A DNA stretch of 64,000 nucleotides from Eledone cirrhosa. Its lineage: Eukaryota. The position numbers and the translations under genes are program-made. The notes beneath the pieces were generated by a model. That model was not told where the DNA came from. It worked only from the letters and a program-made list of their open reading frames with translations, and did no database searches. Below, piece after piece: positions 53,899 to 64,000 of this stretch. The stretch is taken from positions 60,760,001-60,824,000 of the forward strand of contig OZ024742.1 in the NCBI GenBank assembly GCA_964016885.1. Direction: 5' to 3'. Within the stretch, counting starts at the first letter, position 1; each line of letters opens with the position of its first letter.

Positions 53899-54608
53899 AT
53901 TTCAGCGAGGTGAGGGATGACCAATAGCAGGAGAAGCAGCCGCAATAGCATCTTTAGAAAACAGCTCTGTCGTGCCGTTTCAAACAACATCAAACGTTTG
54001 TTTTTCAAGTCACAAACACATCAAGCTGCAACGCAAACCTTTGTTCATGTAACTTTCTTGCATTTTATTTTTTATTCTATTATTATTTAGAAAAATATTC
54101 AAATATAAAATAGTTAACCGCACTAACGTCAGCTAACGCATCGATTCAGTCAATTAAATATCCATTATATTATGAAGTTAACCTATATTTTCTGGAAAGA
54201 GATCATTGAATTTTCACTTCATTTAATTTAATACTGCTCATCAACTCTAAACATTATGAGGTTACATTTTTACTTTAATTTTCTGTAATGGTTGAAAATG
54301 TTCAAAGATTTTGAAAAATTGGGCAAGTTTTCTAAAAGAATGAAAAAAATAGAGGCTTTGTAACGCTTCAATTTTCTGGCAAGATCACATTGCATCACGT
54401 TTTAAAAATATTTTATATGGGTTGGACTATCCTATATTTTCTAATTGGTTTGTATATACTCTAGATTATCATTACAGTATTAAAAGCAAGTGTACAGTGC
54501 TTTAACAACGTGACTAAATACACAGTATTCAAACGTTTGTGTGTAAATATATTTTCAGAAATGATCTACAAACACGTTATTTCAGTATTATATATATATA
54601 TATATATA

Positions 54609-54652
54609 TAAAATTCACATACTTGTATGTATATAACTATAGCGGGGTTAAA

Positions 54653-54734
<82 letters not shown>

Positions 54735-54781
54735 TTTAACCCCGCTATAGCTATATACATACAAGTATGTGAATTTTTTAT
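54609..54781. repeat. palindrome centred on (TA)n
   Basis: ~50-bp arm AAAATTCACATACTTGTATGTATATAACTATAGCGGGGTTAAATTTTAA is mirrored across the (TA)n tract with one mismatch. Confidence 0.9.
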
Positions 54782-54956
54782 ATCTACAGATATACATTAT
54801 GTTTAATAAATAAACATTTTGAAAGCCTAGCTGCGAATATTGAAAGATTGACGGCGAGGGTCGTCTAGCGCCGTCTAGTGGGTTCCAGCAGAATAACAGT
54901 CTATGCGCATAACACTGGGCATAACAGTCTATGCGCATTTCAAGCTCTCTGGCTAC

Positions 54957-55043
<87 letters not shown>

Positions 55044-55130
55044 TCAGTGTTGCATCATATACATACAAAACACACTCAAGGTGTGTAGACGTGTTTTCTT
55101 CGGGCTCTGCCAGAGTCACCAGAAACACGC

Positions 55131-56960
<1,830 letters not shown>

Positions 56961-56984
56961 AAAAACAGAGGATATATTTATTCG

Positions 56985-57835
56985 CGGTTGTGCTGACAAA
57001 TGATGCCGAAAGCCATTGACCCGCATCTCCCGATAGCCGATGCCCTCGCTTCCTCTATTGAGAGCATCCTGGACTCCAATCAAGCCAGCTACTGGGAGCG
57101 GCTCTTCGCCCGGAGTATCACGGCCCCTCTCAACGTTTGCTATCTGGGCGGGCCTCACAGACTGTCTGCCATGTCTTACAATCGGTGGTTCCTGCCCTGG
57201 CGGGAATCGGCCTCCAGGTCAACTCGTCCAAGTCGGAGGGGTGAATGTCAGCCACGATGCTGAGAGCATTGCAGCATCCGTCTCAGACGTGCGGTCCATT
57301 CTCTACCAGGAACAGGTGACCCCCAAAGAGGATGTCCTCATCCTCGGATCACCGATCCACCCGCCGGCCATCCGCTCCACCATCAGGTCCAAGCTCCAAC
57401 AACTCCAGACCCTCACGAGCTGACTGGGCCTGATCGACGGCCACCCAGCTCTCTTTCTGTAGAGGAACTGCTTCGCCATGCCGAAACTCCTCTATACTCT
57501 TCGCAGCGGTCCGTGCTACACCCACGCATCTCTCCCCGCTGACCTCGATACTTGTATCCGAGCAGCAGCCGAGGAGATATGCAACGTCGGGTTTGACGAC
57601 ATTGGATGGCAGCAGGCCACTTTACCTGTCAGGTATAGCGGTAACCTCCTGCTCCGTCCTCGTCAGCAGGTTTCTCCACAACACAATAGAACCCTCAGGG
57701 AATGTGAGGCCGCCTGTGAGACGTGGGACCGGCTGGGACTTAGCCCAGTAGACGTCCCTCCTCCTTCTCCCCCTGCTGACGTCAAGTCCCGCCCCCCCCC
57801 CAAAAGCATTTGAGATGCCATCCAGTGCAGCCTGG
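56985..57835 (+). mobile_element. CRE-clade non-LTR retrotransposon fragment
   Basis: VLILGSPI...KLQQL...HPALFL*RNCFAMPKLLYTLRSGPC...ICNV...WQQATLPV matches the post-RT region of CRE/SLACS-type elements; contains stops and deletions. Confidence 0.7.
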
Positions 57836-57844
57836 CTTGAGACT

Positions 57845-58730
57845 CGTTAAATACCTTTAACTGGCCAACATTGGAAACTCACTAACTTGGGCTATTTTGG
57901 CTAGATCTCCAGCGTTTAACGGGAGAAGAAATTGTTGCGATCTCTGTCCCACCGAGGCCTATTACATAACTCTGTCAAGGCCACCCCCATAAATGACAGG
58001 AATGAGTTAGTAATCAACTACCACCACCGTAGAGCGATCTCCTTCGCTAACAAAATGTTTGACCCACCTTAGCCTATCATTTAATCACGCTCCTTCCTAT
58101 AACTAACAAACTAAAACATATTTAGTCCACCACGTAAGCACCTATAAGTTACCTCCCCCTCATTATCTTAGTCACATATCTCATTATAACTTTACCTATA
58201 AGCTACCTCTTGGACATTATCTTAGTTACAACTCTCATTGTCGCATTTGGATCTTCATGGAGTTGCTTCCCTTGAAACCCATCTCTGTACAATAATGTAA
58301 TTTCCCTACAAGAAGCATTGTTTACTTTCAGCCTCGACATATATGTAGCGGTTCTTTATAACATACACTTGAATTTTCCAGTTTCAACGGACCCCATCTA
58401 GGGACCTGCTAATCCGACGATTATTTACGGACATGTAACCCTCTTATTTTATTTTATTTTATTTCTACTTTATACAAATTAATATTTTCATTATCTAACT
58501 TCAAGTTCTGAGGAGCTGCTCCATAATATTATGCTATGTTAATTATCTTTCTCTGCACCAAATCAATAACGATATTACCATCGATTGATCCAGAAACATT
58601 ATATGGAGTAGTGAAACAATTGTAAACTGATTATTACCCCCTTTTTTATATTAAACTGCACTTAATGTTGATACTTTTCGACTAATGTCTTCTATGTGAG
58701 CTTGTGGTCTTGATTTGCTTAACTACTGAA
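57845..58730 (+). mobile_element. 5'-truncated Penelope-like element
   Basis: From 57882: LTWAILARSPAFNGRRNCCDLCPTEAYYI / INDRNELVINYHHR (GIY-YIG C-terminus), then a 3' region with a hammerhead, ending at (TA)n. Confidence 0.75.
58504..58628 (+). ncRNA. type I hammerhead ribozyme motif with 98-nt stem II domain
   Basis: AGTT-CTGAGGA-GCTGCTCCATA...TATGGAGTAGT-GAAA-CAATTG-TA-AACT; 11-bp basal stem II. Confidence 0.78.
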
Positions 58731-58742
58731 TATATATATATA

Positions 58743-58935
<193 letters not shown>

Positions 58936-60069
58936 TAGTTTCACTTTAAAATATTTTAATCATTATCGAATGTGAAACGTTTCGCATATGATCGACTCTA
59001 GGTCTTGTCAATATGATTGACCTGATTTCGGTATCGATCTTATAATCAGACGTGTGGATTTGAATTGAAATATTCCTTCAGAATATTTCCATTCAAGTTG
59101 TGTCTATCGATTAGACTTAATACGGATTTGTTATGGCTTTTGTTTGTGTCAGACTGATCAAAATTGACCCTATAAATGTTGTTATGCACTTGAATTCATC
59201 TGTCAATTCGTGACTTTTAGAATTTGGTTACTGCTATAATGCCTTTAATATTGGTCAGCTACATCAAAGTTAGGCTACAACAGCCGGTGCTTTAGAAAAT
59301 CTTTCATTTTCATTAAAAATTAATCAATTCAAATATACAGTAAATACATCAATAGAATGGATTTATATGATGATAAAAAATGTATTAAATCTTTCACGCA
59401 ATATTGATAAATATCTACTATAACTTACAAAGATATGGGAGTTTAATATTGATTCCTTACAAAACCTCAACTTTCAGGCTGTAATATATACAATAATTTA
59501 AAGTAAAGTCTGTCCCATGCACGGTCGCTCATCAGACCGGTGCGAATCAAGCTTTCACCATCAAATATTTGCAGCAAGATACTCTGCTAAGTTCACCTGT
59601 AGTTTCAAGCTCGGCGACTGTTGAATAGAATACATATCAATTCATCAATTAAAAAGGAAGGGGATTTCAATTGATCACAACCCATCCACTTCAATATTTG
59701 GGTGTTTTGTTTACACGTAATTAAAGAAACCGATCGTCAAATAGGACCAAAGAACTTATGATTACATTGTTCGTTTTACTGCTGATGTCCTCGTAGAGGC
59801 GTCTCCAATTCTTTAGTGCCAAGAGGCTGTTTTGGAGTTCATAACACACACATAAAAGGATCAGAGAACACATTGCCTCCCGTTTAATTTTAATATTTCC
59901 GCCATCCCACAGTACATGCACTAGAACTTTATTTATCGAACTCGAAAAGATGCATAGGTAAAGTTAACCGTAACAAAATATGAACTTAGAGTACAGAGAT
60001 CCGGAACATATCCTGCAAAGTATTTACTCTGCAGCTCAAACGATTGTCAAACCACCGGTTAATAGACCC

Positions 60070-60490
60070 TTCTTCTTCTTCTTCTTCTTCTTCTTCTTCT
60101 TCTTCTTCTTCTTCTTCTTCGCTCTCTTGTTCCTGAGAAGGTATTATTTGCGCGGAACTTGTTAGAAGCAACCGTCTCCAAATGATCCGGCTGGAACCTC
60201 AAGTGAGACCAGTTGAGCTCATTGATGCTATCCAACTATCTTACCATTGGGTTATCTGGTTTTGTCCATAAAATCTGTCCAGTGATTCCTTCTTGAAACA
60301 TTCTAAACACATGCCCAGAGTAATGGAGCTGTGATCTCTCAATTCGGAGATGTAGGGTCCCTACCTAGAGCGACTCTCTTATCTTCGAGCTACGTACTTC
60401 ACCGAGTTACGTTACTCCGAAGAACCTTCGGAGGAACGATATTTCTGCCGCTTGTGTTTGCGATCATATTTGAAACCTGTCGGAAAATAA
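60070..60490 (-). mobile_element. 3' fragment of an RTE-like LINE with (GAA)n tail
   Basis: Minus strand SGHVFRMFQEGITGQIL...LDSINELNWSHL, followed by (GAA)n at 60070-60120. Confidence 0.55.
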
Positions 60491-62773
60491 GTAGTCGTTC
60501 GTGTAGGGAAACTTATATAAATGAAGAAATCTCAGAAGCAGAACTAAAAATAAACTGAAAGGTTAAATGCTTATTGTTATTAACAGCAACGTTTGTTGCC
60601 AAATATATGTCTTAGAGCAAAATAGTCTGCTATGATGAAAAGTTTGGCTTTCGACCTTAAAAGATTATTGCTGCAAAAATATTGATACATCCAGTTAGGT
60701 AACTATGATACTTAAAATAACAAATATGAATTAAGAAAAAACAAACAGATATATCTATTAGTAAATCAGCTACTTCATACTTTTAAATATGAAGCAACGT
60801 AAATAGTTTAGACATACCTCATTCATAGACATATATAAATATACATAAATCCATATTTGTAGAGCCATGGTTGTAGTTATACCCTGCTCTTTCTCTATAT
60901 GTGAACGGACACACAATATTAATATGTGTGTAAGTTTGCCCGTATATGTAGATATCGACATAGACACATACACACATATTCACTAACACACATATATAAT
61001 ATCCCACGGACAGTGTGCTCTGCACACGTTGTATATATTCGTTACGATATATATAAATATATATACATAAGAAAGTATTTTTTATTGTACTACACGGATA
61101 AACATATTTTGAAAATGCACCTGGATCATTTAAGAATATTTATATTCTTCACCGGTTTCACAGTTCTTATGATTATCAAAAGTAAAATTGAGATAGAGGG
61201 TCTGTGTTTCTGTTGTGGTATGTATGTCTCGCGCCAAACTGGAGTTCGGAAATTCTTTCTGTTTTATAGAATAAAGTGACGTGAGATTGCTATTTGTTTA
61301 AAATGCCATTTTGTTGGTTGATGACATTCACGTGATTAGGTACAGTAATCTAATGGGCATGTCTCTGGCTTTCTGCATGAGCATCCGTAAGGTGGAAGGC
61401 TTTTGCATTTAAGGGTGATGTGAGATTTTATGTTACTGGTTTTTATGTTACTGATTTGTCGGTATTTAGGGCCTTCTCTTCCCTGTAGGCAACAATGCAT
61501 CAACAAGAAAATACACTTTATAAGCTAAACAAACCAAAACTTAACTAGGTGTAGGTTAAATTCATTATCAAACATTAAAATATATCTGATAAACAAAATA
61601 ACTTATTTTAAGAAACTAAGTAACATTTCAATTGTATTGTATCATGTACATACATACTACAACCGCGGTTTACCAATACGTAATCGGAATAGTGTCGTTT
61701 ATGAATTTATATTTAATTGACGCAGGCAATACTGAATAGTTAGAAAGCTTGATAATATATACACTCAAGATATTCCGGATTCGATCCTTATGCAAGTAGA
61801 ATTTACCAAAGTTTCTGGTCCACTCAAGCCTTGTGAATGAAATTGAGTAAATGGAAATTGTTTGGAATTTCAAATTATTCGTCTTTGCTGCATCCACGGT
61901 GAACTCAACATCATCAATAACCATTCTTATTAATTTCCCCACAAGGAATTAGTAGGGAAAGGAAAATTCAATTAAATCGATCCCAATGCATTACTGACAC
62001 TTTATTTTATTAACCACATAAGAATGAAAGGAAAAGCTAATGTTGGCGAGATTTGAAATGTAAAAAGTCTTACCTATATGCCACTAACGACATTGATCGA
62101 CGTTCTACCGACACTGCCAATCCAACGCCCACGACACCAGCACTAATAATACTATTGTTTAAGATCCACAATATTTCAAACATTTCTGAGCGAACTCCAG
62201 CAACTGTTGTATAATAAACGGTTATACACATGGCTTGGAATAACAATAACGAGCACATATTACACAAACTACGCTGGTGGGAACAATAATGACGACCATA
62301 TATAACATATGACGCAACACGTAAACCTTTTAATTTCGATCAGCGGCGGTATTTAATCTCTATTTTGTTATTTATAAATTACTAGGTATTCAAACAACCA
62401 ACGTTTGAAGAGCAATTAAGAAAATAAAAAGGAATATTTATGAAAACATATGAAGACATCACTCTAAAAAATCACTGTTAATTTTCTTTCCTGGCGTAAT
62501 GTAAATGTTTAAATCTGTTCTAACTCCAACAAAGTCACAGCCACTAATAGTTCAGTTGTCAAAAATGAACAAGTGAAAGAAAGAAAGACTTGAAAGAAAG
62601 AAAGAAAGAAATGAACAAGAGAAAGAAAGGGAAAACTGAAGGAAAGATAAAGGGCAAGAGAAAAAGGAAATATACAATTAACTAGGAAATGAATAATGAA
62701 GAAAAAAAGGTTTCTGGAAAGGAAAGAAAGAAAGGAATGGAGAAATGTTGAAAAGGCAAAATGAGGATTTACA

Positions 62774-62812
<39 letters not shown>

Positions 62813-64000
62813 ATATTTTAAGAAATTGTTTATTGTTCTTTATTGGAAACTCGGGCGTGTTAAACAATGATTAATGAAATGAATCGAACTATTTTATAAA
62901 TGGAATCTTATTTCTTTCCATCCACCTTCTCCCAATTTTGCACCCCACCTCTTCCTATGTCTCCTATTATAATTTTTAAATAATATATTTAAATCAATAT
63001 CGAACTGCATCTCTCCTTATCCCCACACAATTCAGCCATTACACCGTAATACCTAATAGGAAATTTACCAATGAGTAGAATTTTAGATTAAATTCCTATA
63101 GTGATGTTGCTTGAATTAATCGTGACTGCAAGTGCATTTAAAGTGTTCGTCATTTACATTTCTATATAATTTGTCTTTTGCTTTAACTTTTCCTTGAATT
63201 TATTTTATGGTATGATAATTGGTTTCCTTTTTACATTTCTATAGTTTCCAACGTTATAGGGAAACATTGTTTGACACAGCTAGATAATTAATATGGCTGC
63301 CAATTCGATATAAATATTGTAATACCTGCTGTTTCAATAATATTGAATACAAACGTCAGTTATAATAATATACCGTTGTAAACTTTAAACAGAAATAAAC
63401 ATAACATTGCACACACCATTTTGTATTAGAGTGTGCATTCATAATTGGCGGTGCGTTAGCAGAGTCTTTAGGGCTTCGGATTAAATGTGTTGGTATTTAT
63501 TCTAGCACACAGCGCCATGAGTTCAAATGCCATGGAGGTCAAATTTGCATTTCTTATTGTCAGGATCAATAAATGATGTATCATTCCTTGGGCAGAGGAT
63601 TGGTAGAATTGTAAACCAGGCGAAAGGGACATTGTGCAGTGTCACTTCTGGTTCTGTACGTTCCGAGTTCAAATCTCTCCCCTGTAGCCAGGAGATACAA
63701 TCAGCAGATGGTATCAACAATGAAACTCTGAATGGGGACGGTTTCCTTAGTCCATTGTGAAGATCAGCCACTCTTCATTTTTGCAGATTCACAGAGCCAC
63801 ATAGCTTTTGATTGCTAGATTCAACTTTCAGAGAAACGTTCAAGATCATTTGATATAGTATTGTCATACACTGGTAGAAGGCATACCTGTGTGGTTAAGT
63901 TCGCATTTCATGCATCGTTTTGGGGTTTTAATATCCCCACATTGTCTCTCGGTGAAGTGTTTCTGCTATAGCCACGGCTCCACAAAATGTTTGTGACACC

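Noticed and set aside
61670-61942. 90-aa minus-strand ORF
   Set aside because: No motif recognised and no support for coding status.

Overview
Repeat-dominated, AT- and microsatellite-rich animal genomic DNA. It is probably from an octopod cephalopod; this is an inference from the tRNA-derived SINEs, which resemble Octopus OR-type SINEs. No host gene is recognisable. 2-20 kb is an array of non-LTR retrotransposons: one apparently intact Tx1-clade element and two damaged relatives on the minus strand alternate with two R4/Dong-clade elements on the plus strand, and two Dong/Tx1 pairs meet tail-to-tail in shared (AAT)n tracts. The rest holds remnants of Penelope-like elements (PLEs), CR1, CRE and RTE LINEs, a Tc1/mariner transposon, a non-autonomous Helitron and SINEs. 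The most striking signal is about ten sequence-unrelated short cassettes wedged between (TA)n tracts. Many are fold-back (inverted-repeat) structures, and each carries a type I hammerhead ribozyme core readable by eye. Their features include palindromic stem III, stem II domains of 12-98 nt, and U3:A8 and U4A core variants. Several are attached to PLE RT or GIY-YIG remnants. All folds and family calls were made by eye; no searches were run.
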